The notes below the pieces were generated by a model that did not search any database, was not told the origin of the DNA, and was given only the letters and a program-made list of their open reading frames with translations. From an uncultured delta proteobacterium (GTDB lineage Bacteria > Myxococcota_A > Polyangia > Polyangiales > Houyiibacteriaceae): DNA of 64,000 nt. The stretch is taken from assembly GCA_963817725.1 (NCBI GenBank), contig CAWFPD010000006.1, positions 132,406 through 196,405 on the forward strand. The letters are read 5' to 3'. Positions 37,249 to 46,517 of the stretch are shown piece by piece. Numbering within the stretch: the stretch's first letter is position 1; every line of letters starts with the position of its first letter. The translations under genes were made by a program, and so were the position numbers.

Positions 37249-38679
37249 TTAGAGGTCTTTCACCTCGGCGATCAGGTCTTGAATCACCTTCTTGGCATCG
37301 CCGAAGATCATCATCGTGTTGTCGTATTCGAACAGCTCGTTCTTGATCCCGGCGTAGCCTGGGCTGAGGCTACGCTTGACGACGAAGACCGAGCGGGCCT
37401 CGTAGGCGTTGAGGATCGGCATGCCGGCAATCGGGCTGCTCGGATCCTTGGTGGCGGCCGGGTTCACCACGTCGTTGGCGCCGAGGACGATCACCACGTC
37501 GGTGTTCTTGAACTCGGAGTTGATCACGTCCATCTCGAGCAGATCTTCGTACGGAACGTCGGCCTCGGCGAGCAACACATTCATGTGACCAGGCATGCGT
37601 CCCGCCACGGGATGGATGGCATAGGTCACCTTGGTGCCTCGGGCCTTCAGTAGATCGGCAAGCTCCCGCACCGCGTGCTGCGCCTGCGCAACGGCCAGTC
37701 CGTACCCAGGCACGATGATCACCGATTCGGCGTTTTCAAGGAGCATGGCGGCTTCTTCCGCACCGCACGAGGTCACGGTGGTATATTCGTCGTTGCCGCC
37801 GCCGACGCCTTCGGTGACCCCGAAGCCGCCAACCAACACGTTGAGGAGCGAGCGGTTCATCGCCACGCACATGATCTGCGTCAGAATCAGCCCTGCCGCC
37901 CCAACCATGGCGCCGGCGATGATCAGTAGCGGATTCCCGATGACGAAACCCGCCATCGATGCCGCTACGCCAGAGTACGAGTTGAGCAAGGAGACCACCA
38001 CCGGCATGTCGGCGCCCCCGATGGGAATGGTCAACAGGATGCCCAGTAGCAAAGAAGCGCCCGCCAGCACGACCACCCAGATCACCGAATCCCCGGCGAG
38101 GGCCGCGACTGCGAAGCCGCTCATCACGAACGAGCCAGCCAGAAGCCCGAGTGTGATGAAGTGCCTTGCCGGAAGCAGGATCGGCTGGCCCTTCTTGAGG
38201 CTCCCTTGAAGCTTGAGCAGGGCGACGATGCTTCCGGTGAAGGTCACGCTTCCGATGAGAATCGAGAGCATGACCGTGACGGCCGAATCGGTGCCGAGAA
38301 TCTCATAGATGTGGCCCGTCGCTCCCTGTTGGACGACTCGGTCCCAATACACCGAGCCGGCGACCAGCGCGGATGCCAAGCCGCCGAATCCATTGAATAG
38401 GGCGACCATCTCGGGCATGGCGGTCATCTGGACCCGGATGGCGAACGCCAAGCCAATGACCGTGCCGACGAGCATGCCGCCGGCGATCCATCGATAGTCG
38501 ACCAGGCCGAGCTCCAACAGAGAACCGATGATCGCGAGCAGCATGCCGACGGCAGCCAGCGTGTTGCCTCGTCGTGCAGTCTTCACCTTGGCGAGCTGCT
38601 TGATCCCGAAGATGAAAAAGACCGTGGATCCGAGATAGATGATCGGGACGACGGTCGAACGAATGACTTCCTGATTCAT
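37249..38679 (-). CDS. pntB: NAD(P) transhydrogenase subunit beta
   Basis: Polytopic N-terminal half plus a C-terminal NADP(H)-binding dIII domain (YGLAVAQAQH, GANDVVNP). Confidence 0.93.
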   Translation of the reverse strand: MNQEVIRSTVVPIIYLGSTVFFIFGIKQLAKVKTARRGNTLAAVGMLLAIIGSLLELGLVDYRWIAGGMLVGTVIGLAFAIRVQMTAMPEMVALFNGFGGLASALVAGSVYWDRVVQQGATGHIYEILGTDSAVTVMLSILIGSVTFTGSIVALLKLQGSLKKGQPILLPARHFITLGLLAGSFVMSGFAVAALAGDSVIWVVVLAGASLLLGILLTIPIGGADMPVVVSLLNSYSGVAASMAGFVIGNPLLIIAGAMVGAAGLILTQIMCVAMNRSLLNVLVGGFGVTEGVGGGNDEYTTVTSCGAEEAAMLLENAESVIIVPGYGLAVAQAQHAVRELADLLKARGTKVTYAIHPVAGRMPGHMNVLLAEADVPYEDLLEMDVINSEFKNTDVVIVLGANDVVNPAATKDPSSPIAGMPILNAYEARSVFVVKRSLSPGYAGIKNELFEYDNTMMIFGDAKKVIQDLIAEVKDL

Positions 38680-38966
38680 TTCTTCTTCTTCTTGAACATG
38701 CGCAGCATGCGGTCAGTCACGAGAAAGCCGCCGACCACGTTGATGGTTGCCGTCACGATGGCGATCGCACCCAGGATGTTGGCTATCGTGGGTGCGCCGG
38801 TCGTCGCCGAAGCAATTGCACCCACGATGGTGATTCCGCTGATGGCGTTTGCGCCACTCATCAAAGGTGTATGCAGCGTTGGCGGCACCTTGGTGATCAT
38901 CTCGAAGCCGACGAAGCTCGCGAGGACGAACACGTAGATGCCTATGAGCAGAGGTCCCAGGGTCAC
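38676..38966 (-). CDS. pntAB: NAD(P) transhydrogenase subunit alpha part 2 (membrane segment)
   Basis: 96-aa protein with three hydrophobic helices. It overlaps the pntB start by 4 bp. Confidence 0.85.
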   Translation of the reverse strand: MTLGPLLIGIYVFVLASFVGFEMITKVPPTLHTPLMSGANAISGITIVGAIASATTGAPTIANILGAIAIVTATINVVGGFLVTDRMLRMFKKKKK

Positions 38967-38981
38967 GGTTGCTCTCCTTTC

Positions 38982-40115
38982 CTAGAGCGCCTCGGCGGTA
39001 GGTCCGTGGCGGACTTGTCCGTCGTGGGTGAGTAGGGCGCTGTCGATGATCTCATCCTCGAGGTCCAAAACCACCTTGCCCTCAGACAAGATGCTGAGCA
39101 GAAGGGCCTGAATGTTGCGAGCGTAGAGCAGGCTTGCATCCGCAGGGGTCGCAGCGGCTAGATTGGGGTGCCCGATGATGGTCACGCCGTGCTCTACGAC
39201 CATTTCGGCGCTCTTGGAGAGCTCGCAGTTGCCGCCTTGCTCGACTGCCAGGTCCACGATCACGGCGCCCTCACGCATTTCCTCCACCATATCCTTGGTG
39301 ATGAGCTTGGGGGCAGGCCGCCCCGGGACTAGGGCGGTGGTGATGACGGCGTCGGCTGCGACGACTTTCTTTCGGACGATCTCTTGTTGCTTCTTGAGCT
39401 GCTCAGGAGTGAGCTCGCGGGCATAGCCGCCCTCGCCCTCACCGCTTTCGTCCAGGGGGAAGTCGATGAAGCGCCCGCCCAGCGATTGCACCTGCTCCTT
39501 GACCGACGGTCGAATGTCGGACACCTCGACCACCGCACCGAGCCGGCGCGCCGTGGCAATCGCCTGCAACCCCGCCACGCCAGCGCCCATGATCACGATC
39601 TTGGCAGGCTGGATCGTGCCGGCGGCGGTCATCAACAGCGGAAAGTACTTGTCGAGGTAGGTCGCGGCGAGGAGCACGGCCTGGTACCCGGAGATCGAGG
39701 CCTGCGAGCTCAGGGCGTCCATCGTCTGCGCACGGCTGATGCGTGGAATCAGCTCCATCGCGATCGTGCTGACCTTGCGGTCCCGCAGGATCCGAACCGC
39801 TTCGAGGTTCTTGTGGGGCGACATGAACCCGATCAGGATTGCGCCTTGTCGGATCTTCGATGCTTGCTCAGGGGCGATCGGATAGACGCGGAAGATGATG
39901 TCGGCCTGAGCCCAGGCGTCCTCCACTTCCGCGCCGGAGACGATCGTCGCACCCGCAGCGCGGTAGTGCTCGTCGGTGAAGTGCGCGTGCTTCCCCGCGC
40001 CGCTTTCGACGACGACCTCGAAGCCTTCTTTGACGTAGTGCTTCGTTGTTTCTGGTGTGCAGGCGACCCGAGTCTCGCCAGGGGCGATTTCCTTGGGCAC
40101 GAAAATCCGAGGCAT
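38982..40115 (-). CDS. pntAA: NAD(P) transhydrogenase subunit alpha part 1 (dI, NAD(H)-binding)
   Basis: MPRIFVPKEIAPGETRVA start after AGGAGGAAGG, and the Rossmann motif VIMGAGVAGLQA. The ORF-track N-terminal extension is rejected. Confidence 0.9.
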   Translation of the reverse strand: MPRIFVPKEIAPGETRVACTPETTKHYVKEGFEVVVESGAGKHAHFTDEHYRAAGATIVSGAEVEDAWAQADIIFRVYPIAPEQASKIRQGAILIGFMSPHKNLEAVRILRDRKVSTIAMELIPRISRAQTMDALSSQASISGYQAVLLAATYLDKYFPLLMTAAGTIQPAKIVIMGAGVAGLQAIATARRLGAVVEVSDIRPSVKEQVQSLGGRFIDFPLDESGEGEGGYARELTPEQLKKQQEIVRKKVVAADAVITTALVPGRPAPKLITKDMVEEMREGAVIVDLAVEQGGNCELSKSAEMVVEHGVTIIGHPNLAAATPADASLLYARNIQALLLSILSEGKVVLDLEDEIIDSALLTHDGQVRHGPTAEAL

Positions 40116-40304
40116 GCCTTCCTCCTGCGCAGGTCTCCCAGAGGTCAACCTGATCGAACTGGTCAACAACCGGATACCCGCGCCCGGGGTTGTTAGTGGT
40201 GATTTGGCGCGATGTCCAGCGGTGAGCGCAAAAGGTCGCCAACGGCCTTTTGCGTTTCCGCCCAGCCTGCTAGATCCCCGGCCACCACGCCAAAGGAGAT
40301 CAGC

Positions 40305-42308
40305 ATGGGGCAGCCCGAAAAGCTCGATGAGCTCGCCATTAAGACCATCAGGGGCTTGAGCATGGATGCCGTTCAGGCGGCCAACTCCGGCCACCCCGGC
40401 ACACCCATGGCGTTAGCCCCTTTGGGGTGGGCGATTTTTTCCCAGCTTCGCCACCACGATCCCGCCCATCCGGACTGGCCCAATCGAGACCGGTTCGTGC
40501 TCTCCTGCGGGCATGCATCCATGCTCCAGTATTCGTTGCTCCACCTGTGCGGCTATCCGGTCAGCCTCGAGGACATTCGCAACTTTCGGCAATGGGGCAG
40601 CATCACCCCGGGTCACCCGGAATTCCACGTCACTCCAGGCGTCGAGACGACCACGGGACCCCTCGGACAGGGATTTGGCAACGCGGTTGGGATGGCCATG
40701 GCCGAACGGCATCTGGCGGCCCGCTTCAACAAGCCCGGGCACACGCTCTTCGATCACCGGACGTGGGTGATCGTATCCGATGGCGACATGATGGAGGGCA
40801 TCTCGTCGGAGGCTGCCTCGATTGCGGGTCACCTTCAGCTCGGCAATCTCATCGTTTTCTACGACGACAACCACATCACCATCGACGGCCACACCGACAT
40901 CGCCTTCAGCGAGGACGTGGTCGGGCGATTCACCGCCTATGGCTGGCACACCCAGAGCGTGGAGGACGGCGAGGACTTCGCGGCCTTGGTCGCAGCGGCT
41001 GAGGCGGCCGAGGCCGACCCGCGGCCGAGCTTCATTCGAGTGCGCACGATCATTGGCTACCCTGCCCCTCACAAACGCGACACCTCGGACGCGCACGGCT
41101 CGCCCCTTGGCGAGGACGAGGTCATCGCCACCAAGCAACTCATGGAGTGGCCCACCGATCCCTTCTTCGTGCCCGACGAGCTTGCGGCGGCCGCCGAGAC
41201 CATTCGGGAGCGCGGTGCGAAGGATTATCGGGCGTGGGAGGAGCGCATGGCGGCCTACCGCTCGGAGTTTCCCGAGGCCGCGAACGATCTGGATCGGGCG
41301 CTTGCCGGTCAGTTGCCAGATGGCTGGAGCTCGGACCTGCCCACCTTCGAGCCCGATCCAAAAGGGATGGCCACGAGGAAGGCCAGCGGCGCTGTCCTCA
41401 ATGCGCTCGCTCCGAAGATCGCGAACCTCGTCGGGGGCTCTGCCGACCTGGCCGTTTCCAACGACACCTGGATGAAGGGCCTGAGCACCTTCCTCAAAGG
41501 CGCCGAGGGAATTCCACGCAACATGGAATGGGGCATTCGCGAGCACGCGATGGGCGCTGCGATCAACGGGATGGCGCTGCATGGAGGGGTCATCCCGTTC
41601 GGCGCCACGTTCTTGGTCTTCAGTGACTACATGCGCCCCGCGCTTCGCCTCGCTGCGTTGATGAAGCTCCGGACCCGATACGTCTACACCCATGACAGCA
41701 TCGGGCTGGGCGAGGACGGCCCAACGCATCAGCCGGTCGAGCATCTCGCCGCCCTGCGCGCGATTCCCAATTTGGCCGTGCTTCGCCCCGCCGATGCCAA
41801 CGAGGTGCGAGAGTGCTGGAAGGCTGCTCTGCAATGGGAGGGCCCGGCCGCCCTCGTCTTGACCCGGCAGAACGTGCCAGTTCTCGATCGGAGCAGTCTT
41901 GCCAGCGCAGAGAAGGCCAAGCGTGGCGCCTATACGCTACGTGAGGCCGGAGGCGGCGGCCCCGACGTGATCCTCGTCGCCACGGGAAGCGAGGTGGCTC
42001 TTGCGCTCGAGGCAGCCGACGAGCTGGAGAAGAAAGGCGCTTCGGTCCGGGTCGTGAGCATGCCTTGCTGGGAGCTCTTCGAGCGCCAGGACGCGGCCTA
42101 TCAGCAAGAAGTATTGCCCCCCAGCGTGACAGCCAAAGTGGTCGTCGAGGCGGGCATTCGCCAAGGCTGGGAACGTTGGGTCGGTCGTGATGGCGGCTTC
42201 GTCACCGTCGAGACGTTTGGCGCTTCGGCTCCCTATAAGGTGCTCTACGAAAAGTACGGCATCACGGTCAAACACATCGTGGCCGAAGCGCAGCGCCTGT
42301 TGTCCTAG
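40305..42308 (+). CDS. tkt: Transketolase
   Basis: ANSGHPGTPMA and SDGDMMEG thiamine-diphosphate motifs. ATG 40305 follows AAAGGAGA. Confidence 0.96.
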   Translation: MGQPEKLDELAIKTIRGLSMDAVQAANSGHPGTPMALAPLGWAIFSQLRHHDPAHPDWPNRDRFVLSCGHASMLQYSLLHLCGYPVSLEDIRNFRQWGSITPGHPEFHVTPGVETTTGPLGQGFGNAVGMAMAERHLAARFNKPGHTLFDHRTWVIVSDGDMMEGISSEAASIAGHLQLGNLIVFYDDNHITIDGHTDIAFSEDVVGRFTAYGWHTQSVEDGEDFAALVAAAEAAEADPRPSFIRVRTIIGYPAPHKRDTSDAHGSPLGEDEVIATKQLMEWPTDPFFVPDELAAAAETIRERGAKDYRAWEERMAAYRSEFPEAANDLDRALAGQLPDGWSSDLPTFEPDPKGMATRKASGAVLNALAPKIANLVGGSADLAVSNDTWMKGLSTFLKGAEGIPRNMEWGIREHAMGAAINGMALHGGVIPFGATFLVFSDYMRPALRLAALMKLRTRYVYTHDSIGLGEDGPTHQPVEHLAALRAIPNLAVLRPADANEVRECWKAALQWEGPAALVLTRQNVPVLDRSSLASAEKAKRGAYTLREAGGGGPDVILVATGSEVALALEAADELEKKGASVRVVSMPCWELFERQDAAYQQEVLPPSVTAKVVVEAGIRQGWERWVGRDGGFVTVETFGASAPYKVLYEKYGITVKHIVAEAQRLLS

Positions 42309-42309
42309 C

Positions 42310-42807
42310 TCAGCTCACCGCTGCGAGCGCCGCATCGTAGTTGGGCTCTTGCGCGATGTCAGGGACGAGCTCGGAATGAAGGACGCGATTGTTCTCGTCC
42401 AGCACGACGATCGAGCGGGCGGCCAGGCCCTTCATCGGACCGTCGACCAGCTCGACGCCATAGTCCTCTAGGAAGTTTCCGCGAAAGGTCGACAGAGGAA
42501 CGACATCGTTCAAGCCTTCGGCGACGCAGAAGCGCTTTTGGGCGAATGGGAGATCCGAGCTGATCACGAGCACCACGACGTCATCGAGGCTCGCAGCCCG
42601 TTCGTTGAACGTGCGCGCCGCCGTCTGGCAGACGGAGGTGTCGTAGCTCGGGTTGATCGTGAGGATCTTCTTCTTGCCCGCGAAGTCTGCAAGCGTCTTG
42701 GGGCTCAAATCGGTGCCCACGAGCTGGAAGTCCGGCGCGGAGCTTCCGATTGCAGGCAGGTCGCCATTGGTGTGAATCGGGGTGCCTTTGAGCGCGGTTG
42801 TTGCCAT
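42310..42807 (-). CDS. tpx: Thiol peroxidase (atypical 2-Cys peroxiredoxin)
   Basis: APDFQLV, peroxidatic Cys in DTSVCQT, and the SSDLPFAQKRFC motif. Confidence 0.9.
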   Translation of the reverse strand: MATTALKGTPIHTNGDLPAIGSSAPDFQLVGTDLSPKTLADFAGKKKILTINPSYDTSVCQTAARTFNERAASLDDVVVLVISSDLPFAQKRFCVAEGLNDVVPLSTFRGNFLEDYGVELVDGPMKGLAARSIVVLDENNRVLHSELVPDIAQEPNYDAALAAVS

Positions 42808-42884
42808 GATTCTCCTTTTTGTGGCCGGGCCTCGTGTTCTATAGGGATCCAGCGCGGAATTCCAAGCGGTTGCGGACGAAAAAG

Positions 42885-42905
42885 AAAGTCATTATCAATA
42901 GTCAA
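42885..42905. promoter_or_regulatory. Fur-box-like AT-rich operator abutting the feoA start codon
   Basis: AAAGTCATTATCAATAGTCAA contains nATwAT hexamer-type repeats (TCATTATCAATAG), in an otherwise GC-rich genome. Confidence 0.45.
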
Positions 42906-43144
42906 TGAGCCCCTCCCTCGCTGATCTGCGCCCAGGGCAAACTGCCGAGATCGTCTCGATCGACTGCGATCGCCGCATTTCACGCAGGCTCATGGAAATG
43001 GGGCTGCTTCCCGGAACCCGCGTGCGACTGATACGCCTCGCACCGCTCGGAGATCCGCTCGAGCTCCGGCTCCGGGGCTATGCCCTGTCGGTCCGCCGCG
43101 CGGAAGCGATTCAGATTGGCACCCGATCGCAGGAGACGGATTGA
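42905..43144 (+). CDS. feoA: Ferrous iron transport protein A
   Basis: 79-aa SH3-like FeoA pattern (GQTAEIVSI...LMEMGLLPGTRVRLIR). Overlaps the feoB start by 4 bp. Confidence 0.85.
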   Translation: MSPSLADLRPGQTAEIVSIDCDRRISRRLMEMGLLPGTRVRLIRLAPLGDPLELRLRGYALSVRRAEAIQIGTRSQETD

Positions 43145-45309
43145 CGGTGGACGTTCGGGCGGCTCAGGTCTTGATTGCCGGCAATCCCAACAGCGGCAAG
43201 AGCACGCTGTTCAACGCGCTCTCCGGCGGAAGCGCACGGGTGGGGAATTATCCGGGGGTGACCGTGGACCGGACGACGGCCGACTTGCATCTCCCGTCGG
43301 GGCGCGTCGAGCTGGTCGACGTTCCCGGTACCTACAGCCTCACCGCGAGCTCACCCGAGGAGCAGTTGGCCGTCAACGCTTTGCTCGAACGAAACACGCG
43401 CGCGGTCGTCTGCGTCGTGGATGCGACCACGTTGGAACGCGGCCTCTATCTAGCGCTTCAGCTCATCGAGTCGGGCTTGCCGGTGATCGTGGCGATGAAC
43501 ATGATGGATGCGGCGGAGCGCCTCGGCCTTCGGATCGACATGGAGCTGCTTTCGAGGTTGCTCGGTGCGCCTGTCGTGCCGGTCGTGGCCACCAGGCGGC
43601 GAGGCCTCGATACGCTACGGAGCGAAATCGATCGAGCGCTGAGTGCCAAGGCCGCTTCCAAACCTCTGAACATCCCATACCCAGATGCGCTTCGCGCCGA
43701 CATCGCCAGGCTCATCCCCGCGGTAGAGACCTGGCGTCCCCACGCCAGCGCCGACGAAATTCGGGCATTCGCTCTGTGGTGTCTGCTTTCTCTGGGCGAT
43801 GACGATCTGGTTGGAGTACCCGACGCGGTGCGAGAGGCCACCACCGATCTCCAGCGAAAGGCACTTGCCGAGGGCCGAAATCCCGATCTCGAGATCGTCG
43901 CTGCTCGGTACGAATGGCTCGACGACATCGTCCGACGAGCCTGCTCGGTGCGTTCTCCCGACGCTTCTTTCAGCGAGAAGATCGACCGCCTGCTTACGCA
44001 TCCCGTTGCCGGCATCCTGATTTTTGCCGTCGTCATGTTCGCGATCTTCGAGGCTCTCTTTGCAGGGGCGGAGCCGTTCATGGACGGAATCGAGCGCCTG
44101 ACCGCCTTCTCCCAAGATTTGGCTGTCGCGATTCTGCCTTCCGGCGTGCTTCGGGACCTCATCGTCGAAGGGATCATCGCGGGCGTCGGCAACGTGGTCG
44201 TCTTTGCGCCGCAGATCCTTTTCCTGTTTTTGTTCATCGGATTTCTAGAGGATTCGGGCTATCTGGCGCGGGTCGCTTTCGTCATCGATCGCGTGATGAA
44301 GGGGGTGGGGCTTCATGGCAAAGCGTTCGTCCCATTGCTTTCCGGCTTCGCGTGTGCCGTTCCGGCCGTGATGGCGACCCGGACCATCGAACGGCGCCGG
44401 GACCGACTCGTGACGATGCTGGCCCTGCCGCTCATGTCTTGTAGCGCGCGTCTCCCGGTCTACATCTTGATCGTGGGAACCGTCTTCGCGGGGATGTCCG
44501 TGGGATGGTTTAGCGCAGGCGCGGTCGCGCTCTTTTCCATGTATACGCTCTCGGTGCTCGTGACACTGGGGGCGGCCGCGGTCATGCGTCGAACCGTGCT
44601 CAAAGGACCCACCCCCACGTTCGTCCTCGAGATGCCGCCTTACCGCTGGCCCTCGGCGCGCATACTGTGGCTCAATGCGTGGCGTAGGCTTCGAATCTTC
44701 CTGGTCGATGCCGGGACGATCATCTTGGCCATGACCGTCGTGCTGTGGGCGGTTCTGTCGTTTCCGAAGTCGGACGAGGTAGCCGAACGGTTCGACACGG
44801 AACGCGCGAGGATTCAGCAGATGGAGCTTCCGGAAACCCAAAAGGCAGAAGTCCTTCAGTCTCTCGATTCAAGACAGGCTAGCGCGCAGCTCGAACAGAG
44901 TCTCGGAGGAAGATTGGGCCACGCGATGGTGCCGGTGCTCCGGCCCATCGGATTCGACTGGCAGATCGGTGTGGGCATCATCGGCGCCTTTGCAGCCCGG
45001 GAGGTCTTCGTGTCGACGCTCGGAGTCGTGTTCGGGATCGGCGACGCAGACGAGCAGAACAAGCCGCTTCGTCAGGCCCTGCGAGATGCCCGGCACGCAG
45101 ACGGCACTCCCGTGATGACACCGCTGAGCGGCGTCTCGCTGATGGTCTTCTTCTTGCTGGCCTGCCAGTGCATGAGCACAATCGCAGTCGTCAGAAAGGA
45201 ATCCGGTTCCTGGAAGTGGCCCCTTTTTCTCTTTTCCTACATGACGGTACTCGCCTACCTGGCCTCGCTCTTGGTGTATCAGGGTGGACGGCTACTCGGG
45301 TTGGGGTAG
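43141..45309 (+). CDS. feoB: Ferrous iron transporter FeoB
   Basis: G-domain GNPNSGKSTLFNAL, DVPGTYSL, and a polytopic C-terminal permease. Confidence 0.96.
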   Translation: MTVDVRAAQVLIAGNPNSGKSTLFNALSGGSARVGNYPGVTVDRTTADLHLPSGRVELVDVPGTYSLTASSPEEQLAVNALLERNTRAVVCVVDATTLERGLYLALQLIESGLPVIVAMNMMDAAERLGLRIDMELLSRLLGAPVVPVVATRRRGLDTLRSEIDRALSAKAASKPLNIPYPDALRADIARLIPAVETWRPHASADEIRAFALWCLLSLGDDDLVGVPDAVREATTDLQRKALAEGRNPDLEIVAARYEWLDDIVRRACSVRSPDASFSEKIDRLLTHPVAGILIFAVVMFAIFEALFAGAEPFMDGIERLTAFSQDLAVAILPSGVLRDLIVEGIIAGVGNVVVFAPQILFLFLFIGFLEDSGYLARVAFVIDRVMKGVGLHGKAFVPLLSGFACAVPAVMATRTIERRRDRLVTMLALPLMSCSARLPVYILIVGTVFAGMSVGWFSAGAVALFSMYTLSVLVTLGAAAVMRRTVLKGPTPTFVLEMPPYRWPSARILWLNAWRRLRIFLVDAGTIILAMTVVLWAVLSFPKSDEVAERFDTERARIQQMELPETQKAEVLQSLDSRQASAQLEQSLGGRLGHAMVPVLRPIGFDWQIGVGIIGAFAAREVFVSTLGVVFGIGDADEQNKPLRQALRDARHADGTPVMTPLSGVSLMVFFLLACQCMSTIAVVRKESGSWKWPLFLFSYMTVLAYLASLLVYQGGRLLGLG

Positions 45310-45318
45310 GGTTTCGGT

Positions 45319-45483
45319 ATGACTTGGCAGGGAATTGCGACGGGGCTGTGCGTGCTTGCTGCGGTCCTGTACATCGTTCGGCGGTTTCGACGACGCGGAA
45401 CACGGCCCAACCCAAAGGCTCCGGACGTGCCTGTGTCGAGGCTGACGCACAAACACACATCGCGCACCTCGTGCGGTCACTGA
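45319..45483 (+). CDS. Small membrane protein, possibly a FeoB-associated (FeoC-position) protein. Too short for the ORF track.
   Basis: ATG 10 nt after the feoB stop. It encodes 54 aa: MTWQGIATGLCVLAAVLYIVRRFRRRGT...SCGH, with one TM helix followed by an Arg cluster. Confidence 0.35.
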   Translation: MTWQGIATGLCVLAAVLYIVRRFRRRGTRPNPKAPDVPVSRLTHKHTSRTSCGH

Positions 45484-45508
45484 ATGGAATGATTAGATTA
45501 GAGTAGTC

Positions 45509-46501
45509 ATGGGCCGCCATGCCACCATCGAAGGGCTTCGCAAGTTTCGAAAGAAACTACTGCGCGACCGTGACCCTTGGCATGATGCCTCGAGGCGCTT
45601 TCGGATTCGACGCTTTGCCGGGCCCGAGTGCTTCATGGAGCATCTGGAGGGTCTACGAGTGGCCCACCTGACCGATCTACACGTCGGGCGGGTGACTCCG
45701 ATGGCCGTTCAATACGACGCTGTTTCCATGACCAACGCAGGGGACCCCGACATCGTGGTCATCAGTGGCGATTTCGTGTGCCACAGCCAGGTCTATCTCG
45801 ACGACCTCACCGAGGTGATCAGCAAGATCGAGGCGCCGGTGTTCGCCGTGCTCGGCAATCATGATCACTGGGCCGGAGCGGATTCGGTTCGGAAGGCTCT
45901 GAAGCAAGGGGGCGCGGAAGTGCTCGACAATGCCAATACGACGGTGACCGTCGGGCATCAGCGTCTCCAGATCGTCGGCCTGGATGATGCCTACACCGGC
46001 CACGCCGATCTGCAGCAAGCCGTGAAAGGCCTGAGGTCGGACCTTCCGGTCATCGGGCTTTCGCACATCGGTGAAGAAGCCGATTCCCTTTGGGAGGCTG
46101 GAGTGCCCTTGGTGTTTTCAGGCCATACCCATGCGGGACAGATTACCGTGGCCCGCCTTCACGAGCTTTCCGTGGGGAAGCTCGGTGGCCACAAGTACAT
46201 TCACGGGCTCTACGGCTCCAGGGGCGTCGACGATCCGCATGGCGCCGTCTACGTCGGTGCCGGGGTGGGCGCGGCCGTCGTTCCCCTCCGTGTCGGCGAG
46301 CGTGCCAAGCGGGAGGTGGTCTTCTTCGAGCTCGGGGAGCAGCCAGGAGCGTTCGACGAGCATCACCGCGAGCAACCGGCACATGCGGGAAGGGCGCCGT
46401 CGCACAGAACGAAGAAGCGGCGGGCCTTGGCGGTTCTCCGCAAGCAGGAGCGGCGGGAGCGCAAGAACGGCAATGGCAACGGCGCCAAGGCCGCTTCCTG
46501 A
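45509..46501 (+). CDS. Calcineurin-like metallophosphoesterase with a basic C-terminal tail
   Basis: Motifs DLHVG, GDFV, GNHD and GHTH in the canonical order. Confidence 0.8.
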   Translation: MGRHATIEGLRKFRKKLLRDRDPWHDASRRFRIRRFAGPECFMEHLEGLRVAHLTDLHVGRVTPMAVQYDAVSMTNAGDPDIVVISGDFVCHSQVYLDDLTEVISKIEAPVFAVLGNHDHWAGADSVRKALKQGGAEVLDNANTTVTVGHQRLQIVGLDDAYTGHADLQQAVKGLRSDLPVIGLSHIGEEADSLWEAGVPLVFSGHTHAGQITVARLHELSVGKLGGHKYIHGLYGSRGVDDPHGAVYVGAGVGAAVVPLRVGERAKREVVFFELGEQPGAFDEHHREQPAHAGRAPSHRTKKRRALAVLRKQERRERKNGNGNGAKAAS

Positions 46502-46517
46502 TCCCTCGGTCCGTCCG

